Source: Eledone cirrhosa (lineage: Eukaryota). Taken from it: a stretch of DNA of 64,000 nt. The position numbers were made by a program, and so were the translations under genes. The stretch is taken from positions 28,768,001 to 28,832,000 of the forward strand of contig OZ024759.1 of NCBI GenBank assembly GCA_964016885.1, given 5' to 3'. The notes beneath the pieces were generated by a model. That model saw only the letters and a list, made by a program, of their open reading frames with translations. It did no database searches and was not told the origin of the DNA. Positions within the stretch are counted from its first letter, which is position 1; every line of letters begins with the position of its first letter. Below, one piece after another: positions 27,521 through 41,152 of the stretch.

Positions 27521-30500
27521 AGTGATACAGAGAAGGAGAGTGATACAGAGAAGGGGAGTGATACAGAGAAGGGGAGTGATACAGAGAAGGAGAGTGATAC
27601 AGAGAAGGGGAGTGATACAGAGAAGTGGAGTGATACAGAGAAGGAGAGTGATACAGAGAAGGAGAGTGATACAGAGAAGGAGAGTGATACAGAGAAGGAG
27701 AGTGATACAGAGAAGGAGAGTGATACAGAGCAGGAGAGTGATACAGAGAAGTGGAGTGATACAGAGAAGGAGAGTGATACAGAGAAGGAGAGTGATACAG
27801 AGAAGGGGAGTGATACAGAGAAGGAGAGTGATACAGAGAAGTGGAGTGATACAGAGAAGGAGAGTGATACAGAGAAGGAGAGTGATACAGAGAAGGGGAG
27901 TGATACAGAGAAGTGGAGTGATACAGAGAAGGGGAGTGATACAGAGAAGTGGAGTGATACAGAGAAGGGGAGTGATACAGAGAAGTGGAGTGATACAGAG
28001 AAGGAGAGTGATACAGAGAAGGAGAGTGATACAGAGAAGGAGAGTGATACAGAGAAGGAGAGTGATACAGAGCAGGAGAGTGATACAGAGAAGTGGAGTG
28101 ATACAGAGAAGGAGAGTGATACAGAGAAGGAGAGTGATACAGAGAAGGGGAGTGATACAGAGAAGGAGAGTGATACAGAGAAGTGGAGTGATACAGAGAA
28201 GGAGAGTGATACAGAGAAGGAGAGTGATACAGAGAAGTGGAGTGATACAGAGAAGGGGAGTGATACAGAGAAGTGGAGTGATACAGAGAAGGGGAGTGAT
28301 ACAGAGAAGGGGAGTGATACAGAGAAGGGGAGTGATACAGAGAAGGAGAGTGATACAGAGAAGGGGAGTGATACAGAGAAGGGGAGTGATACAAAGAAGG
28401 GGAGTGATACAGAGAAGGAGAGTGATACAGAGAAGGAGAGTGATACAGAGAAGGAGAGTGATACAGAGAAGGGGAGTGATACAGAGAAGGAGAGTGATAC
28501 AGAGAAGTGGAGTGATACAGAGAAGGAGAGTGATACAGAGAAGGGGAGTGATACAGAGAAGTGGAGTGATACAGAGAAGGGGAGTGATACAGAGAAGGGG
28601 AGTGATACAGAGAAGGGGAGTGATACAGAGAAGGGGAGTGATACAGAGAAGGAGAGTGATACAGAGAAGGAGAGTGATACAGAGAAGGAGAGTGATACAG
28701 AGAAGGGGAGTGATACAGAGAAGGAGAGTGATACAGAGAAGTGGAGTGATACAGAGAAGGAGAGTGATACAGAGAAGGGGAGTGATACAGAGAAGTGGAG
28801 TGATACAGAGAAGGAGAGTGATACAGAGAAGGGGAGTGATACAGAGAAGGGGAGTGATACAGAGAAGGGGAGTGATACAGAGAAGGAGAGTGATACAGAG
28901 AAGGAGAGTGATACAGAGAAGGAGAGTGATACAGAGAAGGGGAGTGATACAGAGAAGGAGAGTAATACAGAGAAGGGGAGTGATACAGAGAAGGGGAGTG
29001 ATACAGAGAAGGGGAGTGATACAGAGAAGGGGAGTGATACAGAGAAGGAGAGTGATACAGAGAAGGGGAGTGATACAGAGAAGGGGAGTGATACAGAGAA
29101 GGGGAGTGATACAGAGAAGGAGAGTGATACAGAGAAGGGGAGTGATACAGAGAAGGAGAGTGATACAGAGAAGGAGAGTGATACAGAGAAGGAGAGTGAT
29201 ACAGAGAAGGAGAGTGATACAGAGAAGGGGAGTGATACAGAGAAGGAGAGTGATACAGAGAAGGAGAGTGATACAGAGAAGGGGAGTGATACAGAGAAGG
29301 GGAGTGATACAGAGAAGGGGAGTGATACAGAGAAGGAGAGTGATACAGAGAAGGAGAGTGATACAGAGAAGGGGAGTGATACAGAGAAGGGGAGTGATAC
29401 AGAGAAGGGGAGTGATACAGAGAAGGAGAGTGATACAGAGAAGGAGAGTGATACAGAGAAGTGGAGTGATACAGAGAAGGAGAGTGATACAGAGAAGGGG
29501 AGTGATACAGAGAAGTGGAGTGATACAGAGAAGGAGAGTGATACAGAGAAGGGGAGTGATACAGAGAAGGAGAGTGATACAGAGAAGTGGAGTGATACAG
29601 AGAAGGAGAGTGATACAGAGAAGTGGAGTGATACAGAGAAGGAGAGTGATACAGAGAAGTGGAGTGATACAGAGAAGGAGAGTAATACAGAGAAGGAGAG
29701 TGATACAGAGAAGTGGAGTGATACAGAGAAGGAGAGTGATACAGAGAAGGAGAGTGATACAGAGAAGGAGAGTGATACAGAGAAGTGTAGTGATACAGAG
29801 AAGGAGAGTGATACAGAGAAGGAGAGTGATACAGAGAAGGAGAGTGATACAGAGAAGGAGAGTAATACAGAGAAGGAGAGTGATACAGAGAAGTGGAGTG
29901 ATACAGAGAAGGAGAGTGATACAGAGAAGGAGAGTGATACAGAGAAGGAGAGTGATACAGAGAAGTGGAGTGATACAGAGAAGGAGAGTGATACAGAGAA
30001 GGAGAGTGATACAGAGAAGTGGAGTGATACAGAGAAGGAGAGTGATACAGAGAAGTGGAGTGATACAGAGAAGGAGAGTAATACAGAGAAGGAGAGTGAT
30101 ACAGAGAAGTGGAGTGATACAGAGAAGGAGAGTGATACAGAGAAGGAGAGTGATACAGAGAAGGAGAGTGATACAGAGAAGTGGAGTGATACAGAGAAGG
30201 AGAGTGATACAGAGAAGGAGAGTGATACCGAGAAGGAGAGTGATACAGAGAAGGAGAGTAATACAGAGAAGGAGAGTGATACAGAGAAGTGGAGTGATAC
30301 AGAGAAGGAGAGTGATACAGAGAAGGAGAGTGATACAGAGAAGTGGAGTGATACAGAGAAGGAGAGTGATACAGAGAAGGAGAGTGATACAGAGAAGGAG
30401 AGTGATACAGAGAAGGAGAGTGATACAGAGAAGGAGAGTGATACAGAGAAGGAGAGTGATACAGAGAAGGAGAGTAATACAGAGAAGGAGAGTGATACAG

Positions 30501-31028
30501 AGAAGGAGAGTGATACAGAGAAGGAGAGTGATACAGAGAAGGAGAGTGATACAGAGAAGTGGAGTGATACAGAGAAGGAGAGTAATACAGAGAAGGAGAG
30601 TGATACAGAGAAGGAGAGTGATACAGAGAAGGAGAGTGATACAGAGAAGTGGAGTGATACAGAGAAGGAGAGTGATACAGAGAAGGAGAGTGATACAGAG
30701 AAGGAGAGTGATACAGAGAAGGGGAGTGATCAGAGAAGGAGAGTGATACAGAGAAGGAGAGTGATATAGAGAAGGAGAGTGATACAGAGAAGGAGAGTGA
30801 TACAGAGAAGGAGAGTGATACAGAGAAGGGGAGTGATACAGAGAAGGAGAGTGATACAGAGAAGGAGAGTGATACAGAGAAGGAGAGTGATACAGAGAAG
30901 GGGAGTGATACAGAGAAGGAGAGTGATACAGAGAAGGAGAGTGATACAGAGAAGGAGAGTGATACAGAGAAGGAGAGTGATACAGAGCAGGAGAGTGATA
31001 CAGAGAAGGGGAGTGATACAGAGAAGGA
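27521..31028 (+). repeat. 18-bp minisatellite AGTGATACAGAGAAG(GAG/GGG/TGG), about 195 units
   Basis: Continuous array; a 1-nt deletion near 30730 shifts the phase. Confidence 0.98.
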
Positions 31029-31064
31029 ATGAGGAAGAATCGACCTCAGTACTGGACTGGTACT

Positions 31065-31140
31065 TGAGGAATATGAAATAAAGTGCCTTGCTCAAGGACA
31101 CAACACGCCACCAGAAATGGAACACACACCATAACCATTA
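31065..31140 (-). mobile_element. CORE-type SINE fragment
   Basis: TGAAATAAAGTGCCTTGCTCAAGGACACAACAC. Confidence 0.7.
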
Positions 31141-32056
31141 CACCTGTATTACATTACTGACATTACTCTCTATTGCTATGGCCATGCTGGGGCAATTTCA
31201 ATTTACACAGAAACCATTTGATTCTCTGCAAACATGAGACAACTGCCAATGTTGTAGTTGTTTTGACAGATCTAAATCCGGTGTCCGGACCAACGGTGAA
31301 CCGTCATTAATCCTGTATACGGACCAATCACTCATCCGGTACACTGGGCCAAGTTTCTCCTCACAAAGTCAACCACCTGCAACTTCTTAATACAGATCAG
31401 AACCATTTGTAATATGATGACACAATCCCCCCCTCCCTCCCTCTCTACCACCCTATCTCTCCCCATCTCCCCCATCTCGCCCTTTCTCCCATCTCTTTCA
31501 CTCTCTCTTCCTCCCTCTCACTCTCTCCATCTCTCTCTTTCTCTCCCTCCCTCCCTCCCTCCCTCCCTCCCTCCTCCTTTCTCTATGATCTGGCTTAACG
31601 TTAGAGAAAGGTGAAGGAAAAGGTGGTGTGGCGTATAGGTCGGAGGGAGGTGAGGGACCGGGGGGTGAGGAGTGAGGCGTTGGGAGTGTGGAGGAGAGGG
31701 GTTAGGTGGTGAGCGACGAGAGGGGTGAAGTGGAGAGGTGTGAGGTGAATAGGGGTGTACAGAGAGGGGTGAGAATGTGAGTGTTGAGGGTGGGGTGGGG
31801 GTACAAGCCCTCGGTACTGTCGTTATCTCTAAATAAGGGTCACAGGTGGATGAAGGACCAAGATCAACGATTAGAAAAGATTGTAGAGATGGGACTTACG
31901 GAACACTTCATAGACAGACAGAAAATTAATGTGCATGGGTGTGGGTTTCTACATGTGTGTGTGTGTGTGTGTGTGTACACACACAGACCCATACACATAT
32001 AAACACGCACACACATACTCACATACACACATACACGCACACATATATATATATAT

Positions 32057-32091
<35 letters not shown>

Positions 32092-32098
32092 CACACAC

Positions 32099-32129
<31 letters not shown>

Positions 32130-32139
32130 CACACATATG

Positions 32140-32173
<34 letters not shown>

Positions 32174-32183
32174 TATATGTATG

Positions 32184-32219
<36 letters not shown>

Positions 32220-32229
32220 TATATGTATG

Positions 32230-32265
<36 letters not shown>

Positions 32266-32271
32266 TATATG

Positions 32272-32336
<65 letters not shown>

Positions 32337-32828
32337 TCTTTTACGTGTTCCAGACGGCTGGCCCAGGCCATGCTGAGGCACTGCCAAATATATAGATGTG
32401 TGTGTGTGTGTGTGTGTTTATGTGTGTGTGTGTGTATGTTTGTGTGTGTATGTGTGTATGTGTGTGCGTGTTTATATGTGTATGGGTCTGTGTGAGTGTT
32501 CATGTCTGTATATTTATAGATATATATATGTGTGTGTGTGTACATGACTGTGTCTATGTGTATCTGTGTGTGTGTGAGTGTGTGTGTGTGTGTGTATATG
32601 TGTGTATGTATATGTGTATGTGAGTGTGTATGTGTGTGTGTGTATATATATGTGTGTGTGTGTGTGTATATGTGTGCGTGTATATATATATATGTGTGTG
32701 TGTGTACATGACTGTGTCTATGTGTATCTGTGTGTGTGTGTATATGTGTGTGTATGTATATGTGTATGTGAGTGTGTATGTGTGTGTGTATATATATATG
32801 TCTGTGTGTGTATATATATATATGTGTG

Positions 32829-32859
<31 letters not shown>

Positions 32860-33106
32860 CTGTGTGAATGTGTGTATATATATATGTGTGTGTGTGTGTA
32901 TATATATGTGTGTGTGTATATATATTATATATATATGTGTGTCTGTGTGAGTGTGTATGTGTGTGTGTACATTGCCGGGTAACAGTAGACCCACCTTTAA
33001 TCTAAGCCAGTGTAGGGTATGTAATCTACCCGGGACAATAAAGGGGTGGTTATTAATGTTACTAGCATACCTGGGACCTTGAGAACCCTGATTATATCGT
33101 ACTTAG

Positions 33107-33156
33107 GTTACCATAGAAACAGTTGCTAACGTTTTAGTCACATCTAAAATGGCGGC
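33107..33156. promoter_or_regulatory. Candidate RFX X-box plus YY1 motif
   Basis: GTTACCATAGAAAC (33107-33120) and AAAATGGCGGC nearby, in a non-repetitive island; motif match only. Confidence 0.3.
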
Positions 33157-33246
33157 CGTTTCTTTAAAGACGTCAATGTCGTAATGGTGAGAATCTGTTT
33201 AGTGTGTGGTTATACTCACACACAGACACATACACACAGACTCATG

Positions 33247-33280
<34 letters not shown>

Positions 33281-33301
33281 ATCACACACTCACACACACA
33301 G

Positions 33302-33386
<85 letters not shown>

Positions 33387-33600
33387 CACACACATATATA
33401 TATACATGAATACACACACACAGATATACATACATACATATACATACATACACATACATACATACATGTAAGAATGAATGTATGTATATATATATATATA
33501 TATGTGTGTGTCTGTGTACGTACACGTGTGCGTGTGTATATATATATATGCGTGTGTGTGTGTAATTATATATATATATATATATATGCGTGTGTGTGTG

Positions 33601-33636
<36 letters not shown>

Positions 33637-33728
33637 TGTGTGTGTGTGTGTAATTATATATATATATGCGTGTGTGTGTGTGTGTGTAATAATATATATA
33701 TATATATATACACACACCGCACACACAA

Positions 33729-33759
<31 letters not shown>

Positions 33760-33902
33760 CGTGTGTATGTGTGTGTGTGTATTATTGGCTTTGTTTTCGG
33801 AGTGTATTATTTACGTATAAGAGACATTCAGTGATTACTTTGAGATTGTTCTAGATGTTTCTACATTTAGATTTATGCATTTGACGGTCCTATTTTCCTT
33901 AT

Positions 33903-33965
<63 letters not shown>

Positions 33966-34195
33966 TGTGATTTCTCCTTACACAAGCCTACCCAATAACT
34001 AAATAGGACAAAGCTAAACTAGTCAAGAAACTCGGCACAATTACCTACTAAAAAAAAATTAAAACCCGCCGACTATACAGGTGCTAATTGGAAGGACTTC
34101 GACATTCCACAACCCCTTCACTATCAGGTTTTTCTCTTTCTATTTCTCTTCTCTTCTTCTTCTTCTTCTTCTCTCTCTATATATATATGTATATG

Positions 34196-34235
<40 letters not shown>

Positions 34236-34243
<8 letters not shown>

Positions 34244-34923
34244 GATAAGCAGAACAAGCAAAATTCAACCAATTTTTAAAAATAAATTAAAAAATATAAT
34301 TTAAATATTTACCTATCCATTTCGCCCTTACCGATCGGTTTCGCTTTGTAAAACACCAGAAATCCAATGGATTTCTAATGGAAAATCAAAGTTCATCAGA
34401 GAAGCATTTTCCTTTCCTGGGGCTAAAGACCCAGGAACGATAAAATATATCGCCATCCGCCAGCTAGCACAGATCTAATGAGGTCGAAAAGTGACCCGTA
34501 CGTGAACCAGTCCGAAGTAAAAGCGGGAAAAAACATAGACGTGCTGTCTATCTTACTACTAAAAATAGCAGCTAAATAGAACAACAGATTTGTTCTCTAC
34601 ATAACGGAGAATAATAAAAGAAGTTAATATGCCCAAGGGTACTAAGTACCCTGGAAATATATAGGTTGTCTATGATTCAAGGTTGTTCTATGGTATTAAT
34701 TTGACATACCAGAACTATAATATTAAGATAAGCAGAACAAGCAAAATTCAACCAATTTTTTAAAATAAATTAAAAAATATAATTTAAATATTTACCTATC
34801 CTTTTCGCCCTTACCGATATAATTCTGGTATGTCAAATTAATACCATTGAACAACCTTGAATCATAGATAACCTATATATTTCCAGGGTACTTAGTACCC
34901 TTGGGCATATTAACTTCTTTTAT
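34236..34923 (-). mobile_element. Penelope/retrozyme-like element: 483-bp unit, partial tandem copy and inverted arm, within (TA)n
   Basis: Direct repeat 34236-34335 = 34719-34818; inverted repeat 34614-34719 / 34818-34923; contains a hammerhead. Confidence 0.85.
34325..34403 (-). ncRNA. Type I hammerhead ribozyme with extended stem II
   Basis: Minus strand reads TTCT-CTGATGA-aCTTTG..ATTAGAAATCC-att-GGATTTCTGGT..CAAAGc-GAAA-CCGATCGG-TA-AGGG. Confidence 0.8.
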
Positions 34924-34939
34924 ATATATATATATATAT

Positions 34940-34991
<52 letters not shown>

Positions 34992-34995
<4 letters not shown>

Positions 34996-35140
34996 GGCTT
35001 CTGCAGAACTAGAACTGTTTTATTCAGGAGAAATCATCAGGAAACCCTGCAGAAGCCATTTCTATATTAAATATTTATACTCTGCTATGTATTGAGTACT
35101 TTACTTACTGTGGTTTCCTCCGATTGAACCCCGAATAAAC
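34992..35140. mobile_element. Family F element with fold-back and a mutated hammerhead (minus strand, 34996-35046)
   Basis: Inverted repeat AAATGGCTTCTGCAG/CTGCAGAAGCCATTT; minus strand GGTTTC-CTGATGA-tTTCtcctGAAt-AAAAC...GAAGCC; tail GTATTGAGTACTTT as in family B. Confidence 0.7.
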
Positions 35141-35409
35141 ATATATATATATATATATATAAAGAATGGTGTACTCATGTACGGAGATATGAATTGCTAT
35201 AAAATTGAGTGAATACGCTTGAAGGTAGAAAAAAAATTATGAAGAATCAAACCCCGCATTTCCCAGATAATGGGTTGGCGCTTTGAACCCTATATACATA
35301 TATATATAGAGAGGGGGGGGGGGAGAAGGACAAACAGACAGAGAGATATATACAGACAGATATATAGATATTACACCAGCGAGGCTATTATTTTCTGTGC
35401 AATTGTTTC

Positions 35410-35489
35410 TTTGAAATAATGTGGCTTGTTCAAGGACATAACGTAACCTCACGATTGCGAATCTAATTTTCTTACCACTCAGCTACGCG

Positions 35490-35492
<3 letters not shown>
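35410..35492 (-). mobile_element. CORE-type SINE head
   Basis: CTTGTTCAAGGACATAACG...CCTCACGATTGCGAATC...ACCACTCAGCTACGCGCCT. Confidence 0.75.
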
Positions 35493-35543
<51 letters not shown>

Positions 35544-35580
35544 CACATACATATATATATATACACACATACATATATAT

Positions 35581-35896
35581 ATGCACTACTTTGGAAAGTG
35601 GATTCATCTCAGACACGCCTCGAATCGCCATATATATATATATATATATTTATACATATATATATATATATATTTACATGAAATTATTTGTAAATGTATA
35701 TATGTATGTATAATGTGTATGTATATACATATATATATATATACATATATACATATATATTTATATATATACATACATATATACATTTACATATATACAT
35801 ACATACATACATACATTTACATATTTCCATATATATATACACACACACACACACATTTACAAATAATTTCATGTAAATATATATATATATACACAC

Positions 35897-35952
<56 letters not shown>

Positions 35953-36001
35953 GGCGAGGAGAGGCGTGTCTGAGATGAGTCCACTCTCCAAAGTAGCGCA
36001 T
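35581..36001. repeat. Inverted duplication around a microsatellite core
   Basis: 35581-35632 versus 35950-36001; inner TTTACATGAAATTATTTGTAAATGT versus its reverse complement near 35853-35877. Confidence 0.9.
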
Positions 36002-36242
36002 CTTCCTCCATTCTGACATATTATGTGTTAAGACGCCAATCATAATAACTTTCCTTCATCCGGCATTTGATGCCGGATGTTGACATGGCGAGAGATAATA
36101 ACATGTAATGAACTAAAATAAAAGGAGGGGTAGGGGACAAGATGCCATCCCACCCTCCATAGAAACTCCAAAAAAAGTAGCATAATATTTGTAGCAGAAT
36201 CAGTAGAGCGTAGAAATAATCCCCTTCCCCATATCGTGTTTT

Positions 36243-36395
36243 AGTTACGTCCCTTACATTCATTCTGAGTTCAAATTCCGTCCAGGTTAACTTTGCCTTT
36301 CATCCTTACGAGGTCGATAAATAAAGCACCAGTAATGCACTGGGGTCGATTTAATCGACTCCCCCCTCCCCCCCAAAAAAGATTGCTGGCCTTGT
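36243..36395 (+). mobile_element. SINE (Nin/Deu-like family)
   Basis: TCTGAGTTCAAATTCCG..TTTGCCTTTCATCCTTACGAGGTCGATAAA. Confidence 0.85.
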
Positions 36396-37220
36396 GGTGG
36401 TGGTGGTGGTGGTGGTGGTGGTGGCGTGTGTGTATGTGTTAGTACGAAGTGTATAGGTGTACTTAATGTGGCATTGGATGTAGTGGTGGTGGTGGCCTTA
36501 GTGGTGGTAGTGGTGTTGGTGGAGGTGGTGGAGGTTGTGGTGGTGGTGGTGGTGGAGGTGGTGGCGGTGGTGATGATGGAGGTGATCGAATTACGGGTAT
36601 CTTGGCGTGGCCCCTAGATAACAGAATATAATAGGTATTTAAGTGAAGCTGGCGTGGGGAAGTCCCATTCATCACACACACACACACACTCGCATATACT
36701 CACACACTCACACACTCTAACATACACATTCAAACAGGCACACACACACACAAACGCATCCTGACTTACGCACAAACACATATACGTATGTACACACACA
36801 TATACGTACATATACACACATGCACGTATGTACACACACATATATATATATATACATATGCACACATGCATGCATGTACACACACATATATACATATATA
36901 CACATATATACATATATACACATACATATATATATACACTCATGCATGTATGTACACACACATAAACATATACATATACACCCACACCAACGCACAGGCC
37001 CATACACACTCATATATGTACACACACATAGACACTTATATATGTACACACACATAGACACTCATATATGCACACACACATACACACTCATATTGTACAC
37101 ATAGACGCTCACGTATGTACACACACATATACACTCATATATGTATACGCACAAATACACACTCACGTATGTACACTCACACACTACTGTATATACATAC
37201 ACACATACACACTCCAGTAT

Positions 37221-37259
<39 letters not shown>

Positions 37260-37312
37260 AATACACAATTTCATACACTTACACACATACTACTTGTATA
37301 TACACACACGCA

Positions 37313-37458
37313 CACAATTCCATACACACACATACCACTGTATGTACACACACACACAATTCCATACACACACATACCACTGTATGTACACACACACACA
37401 CACAATTCCATACACATACACACATACCACTATAGGTACACACACACACACACAATTC

Positions 37459-37494
<36 letters not shown>

Positions 37495-37800
37495 TCCATA
37501 CACATACTCACATACCACTGTATGTACACACACACACACAATTCCATACACATACACACATACCACTGTATGTACACACACACACAATTCCATACACACA
37601 CATACCACTGTATGTACACACACACACACACACAATTCCATACACATACACACATACCACTGTATGTACACACACACACAATTCCATACACACACATACC
37701 ACTGTATGTACACACACACACACACACACAATTCCATACACATACACACATACCACTGTATGTACACACACACACATACCACTGTATGTACACACATACA
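37313..37800 (+). repeat. Minisatellite CAATTCCATA(CA)nTACCACTGTATGTA(CA)n
   Basis: About 10 units. Confidence 0.9.
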
Positions 37801-37904
37801 CACACACAGATGCCAGTCAATTAGTTTACTGCTTATATATCTCAATAGGGGTGGAATCGGGGTGGGTTGCCACCCGTGATGGATTTGCCAGGGTACAACA
37901 GCGT

Positions 37905-38372
37905 TGCTATCATAACTACAACAACAACAACAGCAACAACGACTATAAAATTATCATTGTCTCCCCCATCACCCTCACAACTATCATCGTCATCATCATC
38001 ATCAGCAGCAGCAGCAGCAGCATCACCAACATCATCATCACCACCATCAACACCATCAACATCATCATCATCACCATCACCATCAACATCACCATCACCA
38101 CCATCATCACCATCACCAACAACAACAGCACCAACTCCACCACCATCACCACCACCACCATCATCACCATCACCACCAAAACCAACAACATCACCATCAC
38201 CACCATCATCACCATCACCACCATCACCAACAACAACAGCACCAACTCTACCACCATCACCACCACCACCATCATCACCATCACCACCATCATCACCAAC
38301 AACAACAGCACCAACTCCACCACCATCAACATCACCATCATCATCAACATCAACACCATCTATAACAATAAT
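37905..38372 (+). repeat. CAC/CAT/CAA trinucleotide compound array
   Basis: Read directly. Confidence 0.9.
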
Positions 38373-38504
38373 TATAAAGACACATCTACCTAGTGGTACA
38401 ATTTGCTAGAAGTAACAGCCAAATCTCCCTCAAACCACATCCAGACCATCAACGACAACAACAGCAACAACAACAGCAACAACAACAACAGCTGAACATC
38501 AACA

Positions 38505-39112
38505 TGAAATGGACATCTGTCAGTTTCACGATGAGTGTTCCTGTTGTTCGATCAACGGAGCTGCCTGCTTATGACATCAACGTGCAAGTGGCTGAGCATT
38601 CCACAAGCACGTGTACCCTCAAAATAATCTTCGACAAAGGGTGTGAGACAAAACTGGTCCATTGAATTAGAGGTATAGTCCATGTTATATTATAGTGTAA
38701 CTGGCTGAGTATTCCACGACACGTGTACAATTAATGTAATTCTCAGGGAGATTCAGTGCGACAAAGGATGTGTGACATGGCTGGATATTTAAATTACAGG
38801 TATAGTCCATGTTATATTATAGTGTAACTGGCTGAGTATTCCACGACACGTATACAATTAATGTAATTCTCAGGAAGATTCAGTGTGACAAAGGATGTGA
38901 GACAAAACTGGCCCATTGAATTACAGGTACAGTAATCCAGCTGACAGGCTTCCAAACAGTTTCTGCCTACGCAATTTCAATCACGGGGCCAGGGTCGACT
39001 CGAAGCTATGGTAAATGACATTTGTCCAAGATGTACAAGATGTCATGCTGTGGGATCGAACCTGGGACCTTATGATTACCAAATGAACTCCTTAACCATT
39101 TGGCTACACTGT
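38505..39112 (-). mobile_element. Degenerate SINE pieces with a tandem duplication of about 125 bp
   Basis: GTGGCTGAGCATTCCAC..CACGTGTA..TTCTCAGGGAGATTCAGTG matches the reverse complement of 15590-15720; tRNA-like head GGGATCGAACC near 39055. Confidence 0.7.
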
Positions 39113-39145
39113 GTCCACATCAAGATCATGAAGAAATATCTACAT

Positions 39146-39285
39146 CAGGCGTGGGAAACCTTTTCCGAGCAGTGGGCCGCATGTGTTTCATCATAGAGCG
39201 GGCCGCACTGCCTGACAATTCAAGGAGTTCTGAAATTAGACGTGCCATTGAGGAAGCCAAACGGGCCGCAGTTTGCCCATCACTG
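39146..39285. mobile_element. 140-bp hAT (Charlie/Buster-type) MITE
   Basis: Termini CAGGCGTGGGAAAC and GTTTGCCCATCACTG; perfect 8-bp TSD ATCTACAT (39138-39145, 39286-39293); internal GGGCCGCA three times. Confidence 0.9.
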
Positions 39286-39374
39286 ATCTACATGGTTGTT
39301 CTACCTGCTAGAAATAATAGCTAAATCTCGCATAGCCAACATCACACCATCTCCACCATTAACACCACCAATAG

Positions 39375-40220
39375 CACCACCACCACCACCACCATCACCA
39401 CCACCACCACCACAACCATCACTACCAATACCACCACCATAAGTATGAACATCATAACCAACAAAAACACCATCCCACTTCCATCAATACCACCACTACC
39501 ACCACTACCACCACCTCCACCAATACCACCACCACCACCATCACCACAACCATCACCACCACCACCACCAATACCACCACCACCACCACAAGTATGAACA
39601 TCATAACCAACAAAAACACCATCCCACTTCCATCAATACCACCACTACCACCACTACCACCACTACCACCACCTCCACCAATACCACCACCACCACCATC
39701 ACCACAACCATCACCACCACCACCACCAATACCACCACCACCACCACAAGTATGAACATCATAACCAACAAAAACACCATCCCACTTCCATCAATACCAC
39801 CACTACCACCACTACCACCACTACCACCACCTCCACCAATACCACCACCACCAGCATCACCACAACCATCACCACCACCACCACCAATACCACCACCACC
39901 ACCACAAGTATGAACATCATAACCAACAAAAACACCATCCCACTTCCATCAATACCACCACCACCACCATCACCACCAATACCACCACCACACCTTAGCC
40001 TTCACCACCACAACCATCACCACCACCACCACCACAACCATCACCACCATCACCACCACCACCAATACCACCACCACCACCATCACCACCACCACCACCA
40101 CAACCATCACCACCACCACCAAAAGTATGAACATCATAACCAACAAAAACACCATCCCACTTCCATCAATACCACCACCACCACCACCACACCTTAGCCT
40201 CTACCACCACCACCACCACC
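39375..40220 (+). repeat. CAC-rich tandem repeat of about 150-215 bp, 5 units
   Basis: AAGTATGAACATCATAACCAACAAAAACACCATCCCACTTCCATCAATACC occurs five times. Confidence 0.92.
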
Positions 40221-40537
40221 AGTACAGACATTATCATCAACAACAACAACAACAACATCACACCACTTCTGTATACCTTACAGGTATATCATGCACTCAC
40301 AAACATACCACACACTTAATACCTGATGCATACACATGCCAAGAATATATAACTATATATATTATATATATATATATGTGTGTGTGAGTGTGTGAGTGTG
40401 TGTGTGAGCGTGTGTGTGTGAGTGTGTGTGTGGGGGAGTGTGTGTGTGGGGGAGTGTGTGTACTATACGCACAGCGCTCTTCTTTCCTTTACGTTTTCCA
40501 CGGAAATACTTAACACACACACACATACACACACACA

Positions 40538-40572
<35 letters not shown>

Positions 40573-40726
40573 AACACATTAAATTATTAAATATGTATAT
40601 ACATACATTCGCATATTAACTATACGTGTGTATATGCATACCTATATTGTATATATATATATATATGCATGTATATATATATATATATATATATAGGTAG
40701 GTGTGTGTATATTTCTTCATATCTAT

Positions 40727-40808
40727 ATGTGATCATCCGATTCTGTTTATGAATTGCATATATTTCATTTACACGTGTATATACATACATACAGAAGTAT
40801 ATATACAC

Positions 40809-40887
<79 letters not shown>

Positions 40888-40908
40888 GGTGTGTGTGGGT
40901 GTGTGTGG

Positions 40909-40940
<32 letters not shown>

Positions 40941-41104
40941 ATATACATATATATGTGTATATATATATATATGTGTATATATATATATATATAAATACAC
41001 ATGTATATATATACATATGTATATATATGTATATATATACACATGTGTATATATATACATATATGTATATATATACATATGTATATATATGTATATACAC
41101 ATAA

Positions 41105-41152
<48 letters not shown>

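Noticed and set aside
27464-30769. 1101-aa SDTEK ORF as a protein-coding gene
   Set aside because: Pure tandem repeat open in several frames, non-ATG start, frameshift within the array; kept only as a finding
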